Positions 44,508-58,700 of a DNA stretch of 64,000 nt are shown piece after piece. The stretch's first letter is position 1; every line of letters begins with the position of its first letter. The notes below the pieces were generated by a model. The model ran no database searches. It saw nothing but the letters and a program-made list of their open reading frames with translations, and was not told the DNA's origin. Made by a program: the position numbers and the translations under genes. Source of the DNA: Prorocentrum cordatum (Eukaryota); assembly GCA_963575745.1 (NCBI GenBank), contig CAUYUJ010000294.1:1-64000 (forward strand), in the 5' to 3' direction.

Positions 44508-47500
44508 CTGCGTTCTGGGCAAGAGCCACCCCCATTACGTCGGGCTTCTCCCCCTACAAGTGGATTTGCACAACACATGAAAAATACCCCACAAGTATGT
44601 AAAACATATTCAAACATGGTCAAAACATTGCCCCCAGACCATGTTTTTACTATTTTCGAATATTCCTCCTGTAGAGGGGCACGCCCGACTTAAGACTACC
44701 ACGAAGCAAGGACCGACCGTTCCAGCATTCCTGGAGGCCTACCATGACATGTTCTTCGAACCCAACAATGTTCTAAGAACACAAACGGTGCTCTTAGAGC
44801 ATAAACCCGATGAGTTAAAACAATGCAGTAGTTAAAACAATGCAGTTGCAGCCAGAACTGTTCCAGGAACATTTCGTGCAAACCACAAAAAAAATCCGAA
44901 CATTCTGTGGTGTGCCTATAGGCAAGCCGGGACGCTTCGCCACTGCTTGATACCAGCAAAATTCCATAGAATTCCCTTACCAAAGGCCACCCCCCGAGCT
45001 GGTGGCACTCCGCTCCGGGCACCTTCTGGGGGCGCGCCCGGAACGGGGTGCCATCAGTTCGGGGTGGGGAGCGGCCAGCCCGCCTAGCTGGTGGTGGTGG
45101 TTCTTCCTTCTCTGGTAAAGGATCAGAAACCGATTCGAATCCGGCTGGCCGCAGCCGACGTCACATCGCATCGACCAGATCGGGATGGACCCTTGTCTTC
45201 GGGGGGCAGCAGGCGCCAGAAGACAGTAGGAGACAGGAGGGCGGAAACAAGGGGTTGCGAAAGGTGACCCTGGCCGCCCCGCCTCGGCACAAGCTTGAAG
45301 TTTCTCGAAACACTTGGTGTGCCATCGAGGGCATTTCGAGGAAGCGCCCTCGCGACCCCCTGCCCTGGCCCGAGGTGCCCCTGGCATTCGCTCCAATTTG
45401 GAGCCCCTGGGGCCCTCGGGGCCACGTCGGGGGTGCTGTGGAAGCCGGTCGGATCTGGGAATAGGATCGGCTTGACACGTGCATCGGATCGGTCTCCACC
45501 ATCACGGGGCCAGAATCCAATCGGGTCAGCTTCGCCAGAATGCATAACAACGCTATGCAAATATCTGGCCGTATCGGATCGTCGGACAATTCTGAAGTCA
45601 ATCGGATTGAACCGGCCGAAACCGATATCGAATCGGATGGACATGAACCCTGAGTGGAGGGGGTCCAGGATGGCGGGGAGAAGGAGGAGCGGGAGAAGGG
45701 GAGGGGGAGGAAAAGAAAGAGCGGGAGATGAGGGAGGATAAAAAGGGGAAGAGGGGAGGCGTGGGAGGTCGAAGAGGGCGAGGAAGAGAGGCGAGGGACG
45801 ATGAGGTTCATGGGGTGAGGAAAGATGGGCGACGGCGGCACGGAAGGAAAAGCAGGAAGGGTGGCGGCGCTGCGGCACTGCGGAAGCTGGCACACAACAC
45901 GAATGCGGAAGAGCATCGCAATGAAGAGGGGCAAGAGAGACGGGGAGGAGGAAGGCCGTGATCCAGGAACGTGTTTGAACAAAGCAGGAAAGGGTGCCCC
46001 CCTCCTCCTCCTCCCCCTCCCCCCCCCCCTCCTCCTCCTCCTCCTCCTCCTCCTCCTCCTCCTCCTCCTCCTCGCTGCGCCCACTGAGTGTGAAAGGCAT
46101 CGGCCGCCCGCACGCACCGAGCCTTCGCTGGTGTAGGCTGCCTCCGCCCAGCACGGCGCCCAGGTCTGGGCAAACGAGGATGCGCTCCACCTCGAAGGCC
46201 GCCTCTGCCTGACTGCCTGAGAGGAGGAGGCAGAGAGGACAGAAAGGGAGACCGATTCCCCCTGAAACCCCCGAGAGGCCCCGTGGAGATCTAAACGGCT
46301 ACCTGGATTCCCCCTCCAGAAGCCTCCAGGGGCACGGTAGCAGGATGGGCGGCAGGCCACTATTGAAGGGGCCCTGGGACACACGAGCAAATAGACACGC
46401 CTCACAGGATTCCCCATCGTTTCCCATATGTTCGGGGCTTTTGTCTTCCCCCCCCCCACTTCCCATATGTTCCCCTATTTTCTGGGGAGTCGACGAGAAC
46501 CTGTGTCTGTGTGTCTGTGTTCCCTCCTGAAGCCATGTACCCTCAATGACCGCACGATCGAGCCTGCTGGGCGGCACGCTGGACCTTCGTGCTGGCTTAG
46601 ACGTGAAGCCCGAACCGCACAGCCCCTTTGGGCGTGAGCGAATTTAGCAACACAGGAGCGAGAGAAAGAGGGGAGCAGGACGACGACAAGGAGACAAGGC
46701 GAACCATGACGAGAGCGAGGACGGAACGGAGGAGGAGTGGAGGAGAAGGCTGATGATGACACTTAGAAAATGCACGCTGGGGAGCGAAAAGGAAACTAAC
46801 CGGGGTGAGGAGGGCAACGATGCCAAGAACGTTTCTGGCCGACGAAAATCGGGAGGAAAACGGAAACAAAGATAAATAATACAGCTACTGAGGTGAAGGA
46901 ACAACTTCCATCATCCTTTTGGGCTACAGATGGCCGGTTGGTCTGCACCAAACTCCACTCTGCAATGAACACCATGGGAGGGAGCTGCCCTTCTCTCCCC
47001 TCGAAGACAAGTTGGCCCACGAAGCCCTGGAGATGCCACCAAGACGGGCCGAAGGGCCTCCAAGTGGCCCCGCGGGCTCCAGACGACCCACAACCCCCGA
47101 GACCGCCCACGAGTCCCCGAGGCGCGTCGACAGGTTCCGTTCACATCGTGGACGCCCCGTGGACGCCTCAATCTGGCCTGAATGGGGGGGGAACCACCAA
47201 GACAGCCATAAAAAACAGAACGCCAAGAGCCATCGAATAAACCACCCATCGCCGATCGATGCCGGCCCCAGCCCAAACCCGCAGAAACAAAAAAAAAACG
47301 CACTTCCAAAGGACGCCCCAACAAAGGCCATGTGCGTTTCTGAACCACGCCCGCCAAAAACAAAGGCCATGCGTTTCTGGACCACGCCCGCAAGAACCTG
47401 GCGAGAGATCCGTTCACCCGACGCGTCTTGACTCAAGCGTGTTCAACAAGCGGGGGGGCGGCGGCGATTCGTCGCAAATGTTTTCGATGAGAATATGCCG

Positions 47501-49702
47501 AATGGGCGGGCCCACAATCGAACTATGGCCATACATCATCATCTCGCGAACGACCGGTCTTCCGCGGAATTGACGGTCTGCGTGCGCGCCATCTGTGGAC
47601 AGACAAACCAGGCTGGAAAAGAGTACCAACAACACAACGTTTGAATTCGTTGGAAGCAGGTTGGAACCCCGCCCGCTTCGTGAACACGAGGGATAAAGGA
47701 AGACCAGTGGACCCTTGAAGTAGGAAAGCGTTTGCATTGTAAGACGTGACGCAAGCGAGGATGAAGTCGGGTGAGGGTAAACGACAATCTGTCAGGTCCA
47801 CCGGCCCTGGAGGATGTATCGGGCGCCGCGGCCTTGTCAGAGCGTTCCGGGATGCTCTGACAGCGTCCCAGAACGGACTTATCCTCGTCGGAACCCCGCC
47901 CGACAAAAAAATCCGGGACGCTTCGAAAGCGTCCCGGAACAGACTGATCCTCCTCACCCCGCCCCACTGTAGATAGGTCGGTCGTTGGTGGGACTGGGCT
48001 TAATGGGACCTGGTTAAGTAACATGTACCTGGGACGATCCCTCCCCTCCACGAACCGGAACTGCCATCGCCCGACGAAACACCAGCTACGGCACTTCTAG
48101 CAAATTACCTAGTTCGGTTTGCTTCGGTACCCAATCGATAATGTCAGCTTGTGCTTAACAAAAACACCGTGGGCGCGTGATTAAACAAATGTTCCTCTGC
48201 TCGGGCGAATCGTAAGAGGGAGCGCCCGCCAAATTGAAAGACACGGCGGCGGCGCCGGTGATCAGCGCCGACGCCCAGCCGACTGCAGGAGGGCGACAGG
48301 CTCGACGCAAACGGCGCTTCTTCAGAGGAGGGGGGCAGAAGCGCCCCCAATCTATAGCGTGGCGGTCAGACCACAATCGCAACACACAAGAGGAAAAGAG
48401 GAGGCGAAGGAAAGAGGCGCCTCGGCTGGCGGGCGGTGCCGACATGACTACACAAGCAAACAAACAAAACAAACAGAGGAGCGGACGATCAGGCGGAAGG
48501 GGCTCCTCCTTCCCCCCCCTTTTCCATTACAACTTCCTACGACGAAGACGACGACGACAACGACGACGACGATGAAAACGGCGACGGCGACGGCGACGGC
48601 GACGGCGTCGGCGACGACGACGCACCGCGGATGCTCCATGGAGGGGGGTCGGGGATGCTGCGCATGCACGCTGTAGTCGTCAACGACGACGACAAAGACG
48701 ACGACAACGACGACAACGACGACGAAGGCGGCGGCGACGACGACGATGAAAACGACGACGATGGCGATGGCGACGCTCCGCGGACGACGATGACGACGAC
48801 GACGACGATGACAACGACGACGACGGCAACGACACCCGACGACAACAAGGACGAGGACGAGAATGAGGACGAGGACGAGGACGACGACGACGGCGACGAA
48901 ACACTGCGGATTTACCATGGGGGCGGGGGGGGGGTGCCACGTTGGCCCGCTGTACCCTTGTAGTCCACAAAAGGTGGACGCCGACCGTCGACGACGACGA
49001 CGACCGTTGCACGTCAGTTACCAGCTTCAAAAAGGGGAAAACAATCGCCTCGGATGTACACGATCCCTATATATAAACTATGATACGACGACGGCGACGA
49101 TACGACGACGACGACGACGCCGACGCTGACGGCGACGACGAACACGACGGACGACGACCGCGACGGCGACGACGACGGCAACTATGACAGACGACGACGG
49201 CAACGACGACGGCGACGACGACGACGACAGACGACGACGGTGGCGACGTGGACGAAGTGGGGATGCTCTATGGGGGCTTGGGGGGGTGCTGCGTAGGCCC
49301 GCTGTTGTCGGCGACGATGACGAAGACAACGATGGCGACGACGACGACGACGGCGACGACGACAACGACAAGGACGAGGACGACGACGACGAGGACGACG
49401 ACGAGGACGACGACGAGGACAAGGACGAGGACGAGGACGACGACTGACGACGACGGCGGGAGCCGCACTGCGGATGCCTTATGGGGGAGTGGGTCCTGCT
49501 CAGGCCCGCTGGACGAAGACGAGGACGACGACGTGGACGACGACGACGTCAACAACGCGACGACGATGGCGGCGACGATGACGCACTGAGGATCTCGTCT
49601 GGGGGAGGGTGCGGGGGGTGCTGCGTAGGCCCCAGCCCGCTGTAGTCGACGACGACGGCGGCGACGAAGACGATGATGATGATGATGACGATGATGATGA
49701 TA

Positions 49703-49764
<62 letters not shown>

Positions 49765-52700
49765 AAGGATGATGAGGATGATGAGGATGATGCTGATAGT
49801 GATGACGCCGACGCCGACGACGACTGTGGAACATCAGTCATCAGCCAGAGAGGGGAGAAACATTCGCCTCGGACGTAAACGATCCCTATGGCAGCTCCTA
49901 CGCGACGGGGGATGGTTCTGCGGCTGCGGCGCAGGGGCGTACACGATCCCCTCGACGGCGCCCGCGGCGACCCCCTCGCGCGCGCGATTCACACATTGCT
50001 TCGCGCCCCGTGGGGGCTGTTCATCAGCCTCGGGGGGTGGGGTGGCCTGATCTGTGAATCGCAAGCTGACAGTCGCCGGCGCCCCCTACTGGGGGGGCCC
50101 GGGCATATCCAACTCGAGTCTGTGAGTCCGCACATGCCCACTGCCACCGACCAATGGGTACACATATTTTTTGGTCCGCGGGGCGAGAGCGAGCCTCTTC
50201 CGGTAAAAGCTAGGTGGGCTACGCGCAGCTCTAATTGGGGAGACGGGGCACAGGCGGGCGGGGCCTCAGGCGGCCGGAGAGGGCGGGGCCCGAGGTGCAG
50301 GCGACCGATGGGTACACATATAGCTCTTGCAATCTGAGACGACGGCGGCTCAAACATGGGCCCTCGAGGCCTCAGAGCACCAGTGCTCCGAGCCGCGTGT
50401 GGCGACGGCCCCCGGCCCCCGAAGTCGAACGGCCGCAGCCTCAACCCGCACTCCTCTCGACTACACGCAAGATCGAACCTGGCTAATTAAGCGTGCCCTT
50501 TGGGGTGCGCGGCGTTGGAGGGGCGCGGGTAGGCCAAACCCAGGCGCGCAGGCCCGTGCCTGGGGGGACCCCTCTGGGCCCGCACCAAGGGGTCGCTCCG
50601 GCGAGGGGCCGCTCCTGCGTGCACCCGACTCTCTGATTGCATCTGCCTGCCGGCCTGCATACTCGCCGGCGCCGTCCTCGGCCTCGGCCGACGCGGCCGC
50701 CAGCAGGCGGCGGAGCTCGGGCGAGGGCCCGTGGGTCTCCCAGGGCGGCGCGGACGGGGCGCGGTCCAGCAGGGCGGCGCCCTCTCTGCCGCCGGAGGGC
50801 GGGGGTGAAGAGGCGGAACGCCAGGGGGGGGGCAGCAGGGGGGGGGCGGGAGGGAGTGGGGGAGGGGGAGGGGGAAGAAGGGAGGCAGGAGGAATGCTCT
50901 CGGAGTAGAGGGTGGATGGGGGGAGGGAGGGAGGAGGGGGGGGAAGGGAGGGAGGAGGGAGGGGGAGGAGGGTGGCGGCAGCAGGGGGGAGGGACGTTTT
51001 CGTAGATCCTCGCCGGCGATCCATCCTCGGGAAGCCCTCCATAGCTGCGCCTCGCCGGGAGCGCCTGCGCTCCGCGGGTGCCTGGATCGTCCCGAACGGC
51101 GGCAAGAGGTCAGAAGAATGATACGAAAAGAGGCTCCGGTCCACCCGAAGAGGGAGGGAGGGAGGGAGGGAAGGGAGGAGCCGTCCTCTCTCGCGGGACT
51201 CCGATGGGGGGGTCCGACATTGCTTCGAGGGCAACCATCTTGAATGTATTTGCACTGGGGCGTTGTTTTTTGGGGGTGCGAAAAAATTGGGGGGCGAGAA
51301 ACGTGGAACCGTCGTGCCTCTCTTGGGTCCCCAGCGGGCCCCATTTAGGGCACCAGAATTGCACCTGTCTCCCCCCACCCCTCCCCCAGTTCTACTGCCC
51401 CCCATTACGCGGCGCCCGATACGTGCGGCCCAGATGCATTCCAGAGGAATGCCAGTCCGCCACCTGGCCATCGCTGGGCCGTCCACTCCCATTGCATTCT
51501 TCAGATTCGTGCGTGTTGTTTTACTCGATGATCCAGGATGCTCCTACGTCCGAGAGATGCCAAGCCCCTGTAGCGCGCAAGAAGTGCACCTTTCTGTCCC
51601 CCCTACCTTGAACGCCCCCCATTACGCAACGCCCGATGCACGCGGCCCAGACGCATTCCAAAGGAATGCCAATCCGCCACCTTACCATCGCTCGGTCGTC
51701 TATTTGTCGTGCATGCTTCGGTTACGTGCATATTTTTCTCGAGGCTCCCAGATGCTCCTTCAGGGTCCTCGCCGAGAAACTTGATTTCTGTCGATGCGTA
51801 GGCCCCAGGTCTAGACCACTTCCCTAAGGCTAGTTTTTTGTCCTGCGTTGTTGTTTGACGGTCCTGAGGCCCGGCGAGGGCCCCCGCAAGCCGATTACGG
51901 CCAAAAAACCGCCGCTCCACTTTATGCTGGAGCGTCGGATCTCTGGGAATGTACACGTCCCAGTGATGCCAAGCCACTGTGCCTGCACGGTGTGGGCGCG
52001 TCAGGCTGCCAGGTGCTGTTCTGTGGGGCCTTTCTTGTGCTCGCAGAAGGGACCCGCCTCGCCGCGCCCAGATTGCATGCTCCCCCTGATCTTAAGGCCA
52101 CGATCCCTTCTGAAGACACTACGGTAGGAGCTCGACCACAAGAAACTTTCCGCGAGAAACCCAAGCCTGGAACCGCCGGACGTCCATTCATTTTTGGTGT
52201 GGGAACGTAGCGCTCTCCATGGCAAGACCACCGAAACCCAAGAAACCCAGGGCACCCTGGAGGAGCGCAGCGTCTTTCTTGACATGGGTTTCCACTGCAC
52301 AGCCGAAGCGCTGGCATAAGGAATTACAAGTAAGGAGCGGGGCCCCCCTTCTCCACGAGTCAAACCTCGATTTCCCATGAGAAACCTAAGGAGCACCCAA
52401 GACACCCTGTACAGTCATCGGCCTGAACTAAGGAACGATACATAAGGAACGAAGTCCCTTTTTTATCCCAAGGAATAACGCATGAGGAACGATAAATAAG
52501 AAATAACGCATAAGGAACTGTAAACAACAGATGTAAAGTCTAAGGAACGACCGAGCCCCTTTTGATAAGTACGTGTTCCTTACTCAAGCCGCTCACTGGA
52601 GAACAATGTGCGAGCACTGAGCCCGTCCCTCACGGAACGGGCTCCGTCTGCAGCGGCCCGACGGCGCGAGGCCGCGTTCCCGCGGCCACGACCCCTCGTG

Positions 52701-55700
52701 CGAGACAGCGTGCCCTCGCCCCGAGCTCCCGCGACGGCTCGGGCAGGCAAAGCCAAGGCAACCAAAATGGCCCGAGACGGGCCTAAATTTGGGACGCCCG
52801 AAATGGGTACGGAAAAGATGGGTACAATGCCCAACAACAAATGTTGTCCCAAACCAACAGCGGCCGCTGTTGGGCAGGCGGCCTTCTGTCTCGAATGGAG
52901 ACAGGCCGCGGCGGCGCGGACAGCGAGTCCTGTTCAAGATGAACAGGAACTGCTGTTGGGCATTGCACCCCATTCTTTCCGTACCCATCTCGCTCGTGCA
53001 GAAAAATTGCCCCAGGGCGGCCGACTATGGGCCCCAAAAGGGACCTCCAACAAGGCCCAAAGACACCCAGATTCGTGGATGCTCCTTGGATGTCGGAAAG
53101 TTGTTTGCGTTCCCGCCTTTTCGGGCTTCTGTCAGCTCGAGACGGCGCAAGACGCCTCCAAAAAAGCACCCAAGAAGGCCCCAAGACGGCCCCAAGAAGG
53201 CCCCGAAACGGTATCCTAAGGCATTTCGACTGTCCCAGACAACGCCAAGGCGGTACCACGACGGCCCCCAGGCACACACCAATATGCCAATGGGCCCCAC
53301 GACGGCCCAACATGGCCACGAGACGGCCGAAGAGGGCCCCAAGGGACACGCAAAGAATATCTCACTGGAGGCTCAGGCAGCCAAAAGACGGCAAAAAACG
53401 AGCTCCATGAACACTCGTCGGATAGTGAAAACAAAAGGTGTCACGAAAAAAAAAGCCTTCCGCTTCCTCATCCTCCTCCTCCTCCTGCTTCTGCTCCTCC
53501 GATCCTCCCCCCTATCTGAACATCCGCTTCCAACTCCACCTCCACCTCCTCCTCCTCCTCCTCCTCCTCCTCGTTTTCATCCTCCTCCTCCTCCTCCTCC
53601 TCCTCCTCCTCCTCCTCCTCCCGCTCCGCCTCGTCGGCATCATCATCATCAGCATCATCATCATCAGCAGCATCATCATCAAAATCAGCACCATGACTAC
53701 CATTACCAGCATCATCATCATCAGCATCATCACCACCACCATCATCATCATCATCAGCAGCATAAACCCCATCAAATCAACATTAACCTCACCACCACAA
53801 TCAGCATCTTCATCATGCTCAACATCGCCACAATTCTCATCGTCTGCCTCCTCCTCCTGCTCCTCCTCCGCATCATCATCATCAGCATCATCATCAGCAG
53901 CAACATGATCATCAGCAGTAGCATCATCATAATAATCGTAGTCAGCGCCATCGTCATCAGACTCGTCATCATCGACACTATCAACGTCATCATCATCATA
54001 TCACTACCATCATCAGCACCACCATCATCATTATCATCATCAACATCAGCATCGTCAGCAACATGAACATGTTTAGCATAGTCAGCATCGTCAGCATCGA
54101 CATAACCATCATCAGCATTCGCATCGCCATCATCATGGTAATCAGCATCGGCGGCATCACGAGAATCGTCCTCCTCCTCCTCCTCACCATCATCAGCATC
54201 AACGATATCATAAATGAACATCGACTGCATCATCATCGTCATCAGTACCAGCATCAGTATTACCATCATCATCAGCAACACCAATAGCATCGTCATCATG
54301 ATCAACAGCATCTTCATCATCAGCATCATCATCATAATCAACATCATCATCGTCATCCTCATCATCAACATCGTCGCCATCCTCATCACCGTAATCATCG
54401 TCAGATCCACCATCAGCATCAAATTGATCATCAGCATGACCAACATCATCAACATCGTCGTCGTCGCCATTGTCATCGTCATCGCTACCGTCATCATCAA
54501 CATCATCACGGATCTTCCAAGCCTGGAGACACACTGACATGTCACACGTGACGGCCTGCCATGCCCCCATTGAACAACCGCCACCCGAACTGCTGGGCTT
54601 TCACGGTGGCGGGGCTAACCGCAATTAACTTGATCATTCCCAAGGCCCTGACCCCAGGCCGCCTGGGACATATAGAAGGGGGGATGGAGGAGGAAGGGAG
54701 AGAAGGCGAGAGGCGGAAACGAGGAATGGAGGGAGGAGAAGAACAACCAGAAAAAAAACAACTCACAAATAGATCAACAATGCTGCGGCACACCCTTCCG
54801 TCACAAGTTCCCACCCTCACGGGTCTCTACAGGCGGTGCTCTCTGCGGGAACTGCACCCTTGAGGAGGAAGAACGTTCATGGGCCTACCATTCAGGCGAG
54901 TCCCGCTGCGAACAGGAACTGCCCTGCGACACCTGCTGACGGAGTCTCGACAGAGACCCCTGTCCTGGCAGGGAGTCTGCTCTGAGATCTGAAGCTGCCG
55001 CGCAGTGGCACACTCGATGTCGTCGTCAAATTGGACAGGCTCAATCCAAACCAGCTGTCTGAGAGTGAGCCACCCTCCGTGCTTGTAACTCGTGGAAGCG
55101 CTGGCGGCGAACACATAAGCGCGGCGCCACGGCCCGAGCCGCTCCCTGAGAACGACTCCTCGTCCATTGTTGTAGCTGTTGGCAGATTTCCAGACGGATG
55201 TCCGCGGCACTGCGGCGAACGGTGCGCATGGTGAGAACGATGCGCCCTCCCGCTGTGGGAAGCGTTGGGAACCCGCGCGCGCGGCGCCGAATCGAGGACC
55301 ACACGTTGGCTACCAGCCCGTCGTCCAGAACTGTCTCGCCGAGCTGTCGATACGAGCACGCGCGGCACGACGACGAGAACCGCGATGGGAGAATGGACCG
55401 CCCTCCGTCCGTCAGGCTTCCGTCGAGCTTCGGGAACAGTGTGCCAGGCGAAGCACCGAGCCTGCCCTACGGACACGTCTGGCGGTTCGACGAGGGTGAT
55501 ACATATATATATATATATACATACATACATACATACATGGATACATATATATATGCATACGCGAGAGGGGCGGAGAAGAAGGGTAGAGAGAGAATGCGGG
55601 GGGCATAGAATAGGATGGGGTGCCGGGAGGAGGAGGAAGGGAGGAGGAGGATGGGGAGGTGGGTAGGGAACGAGGCCGAGTCCCACGGAGGAGTGAGGAG

Positions 55701-58700
55701 CTGCGGCGAAGGGGAGGCAGGATGCGGTGGAGCAGACACGAGGCGGACGAGCAGACAGAGCAGGGGAAAAGCTGCAGAGGGAGGCTGTGGACGGAGAGAT
55801 GTGCCGAAACAGCGAGGGCAAGTGAGCAGTGTGTTCAGGGGCTGGAGCGTGGGAGTGCTAAGCAGTGGTGTCCACGACTCCCCGAATTTTGTTGGAGGCC
55901 CTGAGTGATTGCAATTCTGATGCGCAAAGACACGCTAGTACTATCAATTCTCCTTGACTCCCCGAATTTTTTTGGAGGCCCTGAGTGATTGCAATGGGAC
56001 GCACGAAGACATACTAGTACAATATCTTATTTTTGGAGGCGCGCGCCCGACCCAAACATATCGTATGCCCATCTTGTAGTAGGTCGTCTCCCGAGCGGTG
56101 CAGCCAGAATGCGCCAGCCACGGCGTATGTACTTTGAGATTCCTCGGTGCGCACGTCGCCCCTGGGGGGGGCGACGCACATACAGTAGAAGTATGTTGGG
56201 GGTGACGCCGATGCAAGTGTGCTGGAAAGTTTCGGGAGGAAGAGCACGAGGCGGAGGCGTAGGGCGGAACGGGAAGGTGACGAGCAAATCCGAGCGGGAA
56301 AAAGGCAGTCTTCATGCCATCCGCCACCCTGACGGTCAGTAAGGAACACATCAGCAGCTCTGACCGCGGTGAGCCTTGGCAACGAAAACATTCCTCAACC
56401 AAATCTCCGGCACGGCCCGAAAACGAGAGCCCCTCCCGAACCCCAAGTAGGCCTTATATCCAGCGTCTTGCCTGCAAGCAGAGGAGAGTGCAAGCGGGCG
56501 GGGAGCAAGAGGAGAAATCACCCTCGCCTCCTCCTCCTCCTCCTCGTCCCCTCCCTCCCTCACTCCCTTCCTCTGTACATCCGTATCCGTGCAACCACAT
56601 CCGTTTTGCAACCACCATCCCTCTCGTCGTGAAACTCCCCCCTCCATCCCGGCCTTCCTGCAGTCTCCTTGGTTATCCTCCCCCCCTCCCCTCCTCATCC
56701 CCTCCTCTCTCCTCCCTCGCGCTCCCAGACGAGAAAGCAACCACATGAGCAGAAACGACACGAATCGGCGTTGGCACCGCCCCCAGCACGCCACGCGCGT
56801 GCCAGGGAGGAGGGCCCAGCGCCGACCCAAGTGTACGTTTGTGCAAGAAGTTGTTTTTCGAACTCCGCCCTCCCCCCCCCCCCTCGGCTACACGCAAGAG
56901 TGACCCTGGGTAAGAGTGACCTTTGGTGCGCGGCTGTTTGGGGGCCGCGAAGGGACCAAACCGAGGCGCGCAAGCCGCTGCTACCGCTTCGTTTTCAGCC
57001 ATCTGGGGACCCATCTGTGCCCGCACCAAAGGTCACTCCGGCGAAAAGTCACTCTTACGTCTAGTCGAGCCCTCCCCCCCCGCCCCGCACACACATATCC
57101 CTTTCTGCCACTCCCGGGAACTCTTCCGGGGCGCGCTCTGGCCAGGCCTTCGAGGCGACTCCTGCCGTGGCGAGGAGGAGTCTCCCGAGAGGCCCTTCCA
57201 CGGTAAAAAAAAATGCAACCTCGAGCTGCTGGAAGAAGGAACGCCAAATACGGAACGAAGCCCCTCCTTGGCACCAGAAGAGCTCGAGAGCACGAGGAGG
57301 GCTGGAGGAACGCCCCTTCCGAACCCGGAGCGATCCTGCTTTCAGCGCCTGGGCTGCAGCGGCACCCGCATCTCTTCCTCCTCCGACCTCCCTGTGCCCC
57401 TTGAGCAGGGACCGGCCGCCCCGGCATCCCTATAAGCCTACCGCGAAATGTTCTTAGAACCCCTGAATGTTCGCAGAACCGTGCTCTTAGAAGATGAGCC
57501 CGAGGTGTTAAAACGGGGCAGCGCCAGCCAATAAGTGCTCCGAGCACACCCCGGGCAGACCACGAGAGGTTCTCAGCACATCCTCTGGTAGGCCTGCAGG
57601 CGAGCTGGGACGCTTCGCCACTGCTTGCGCTTGGGCGCCCGAATTATCCGGGGTAACTCGGGTCCGGGGTAACTCGGGTTTGGATTCCCGGAAAAGGAAC
57701 CCGAGTTAGCCCTGACCCGAGTTATCCCTGATGATTCGGGGCTCTGGACGCCCGAATTATCCGGGGTAACTCGGGTCCGGGGTAACTCGGGTTTGGATTC
57801 CCGAAAAACGAACCCGAGTTATCCCTGACCCGAGTTACCCCTGATGATTCGGGGCTCTGAACTTAACTGCTTGCGCCCCCCCCTCCTCAGGATCCGCCGC
57901 CGCGTACTCGTAGCCCGGGCCCGGCGGGCCACGGCCCGGCGGGCCCAGGCCCGGCTTCGGCTGGTCGTCGCCCCACTGGAAGAGCCGGAGGACGCCGCAG
58001 ACGGCGCAGACGCAGAGCCCGACCAGCGAGGGGGGGAGGAGGGGAGGTGCGGGAGGCTCGGGAGGATGAGGACGAGGGAGGAGACAGAGGAGGGATGGAG
58101 GCAGCGAGGAGGAGCACGACACGGATCCTGGAGGCGAGGGGCACTCAGAGCGAGGCCAACACCTTGCTGCGAGGCACTGGGTGGGGTGCCCCTGGGGCGC
58201 CTAGGGGTCTTCGATGCCAAGCGTTGAGAAACGACCACCAGAGGCCCCATGTGAGCACCTGGGGCTCGCGGGGCACGGTGGCTTGTGAGGCCTCTTGGGA
58301 CGCTGCCAGTTTCGGGTACAGTGGGGAACCGACCACAAGAAACCTTCCACAAGAAATCCAACCCTGAGACCCCAGGACGTCCATGATGTGGGAACGTCAG
58401 GCTTCACATCGCACAACCATCGAATCCTAAGAGTCCCATGGCAACCTAGAGGCAAGCAAGGTGATTCTTGGCAAGGGCCCCCACGGTACGGCAGGTTCGC
58501 GTCGTGCTGACGTCGACGTCGGTTCCCGACTCCGCGGGGATCGTTGAACCTTGAACGATCGGCCGTTGCAGGAACGTCAGATCATTCAACATCGACCGGC
58601 TCTGGGCCACTGGCGGGGCTCTGGGCCACTGGCGGGGCTCTGGGCCACTGGCGGAGCTCGTTCAATTCGAATTCCTCTCCGTCCTCCTCCCCGTCCTGAT

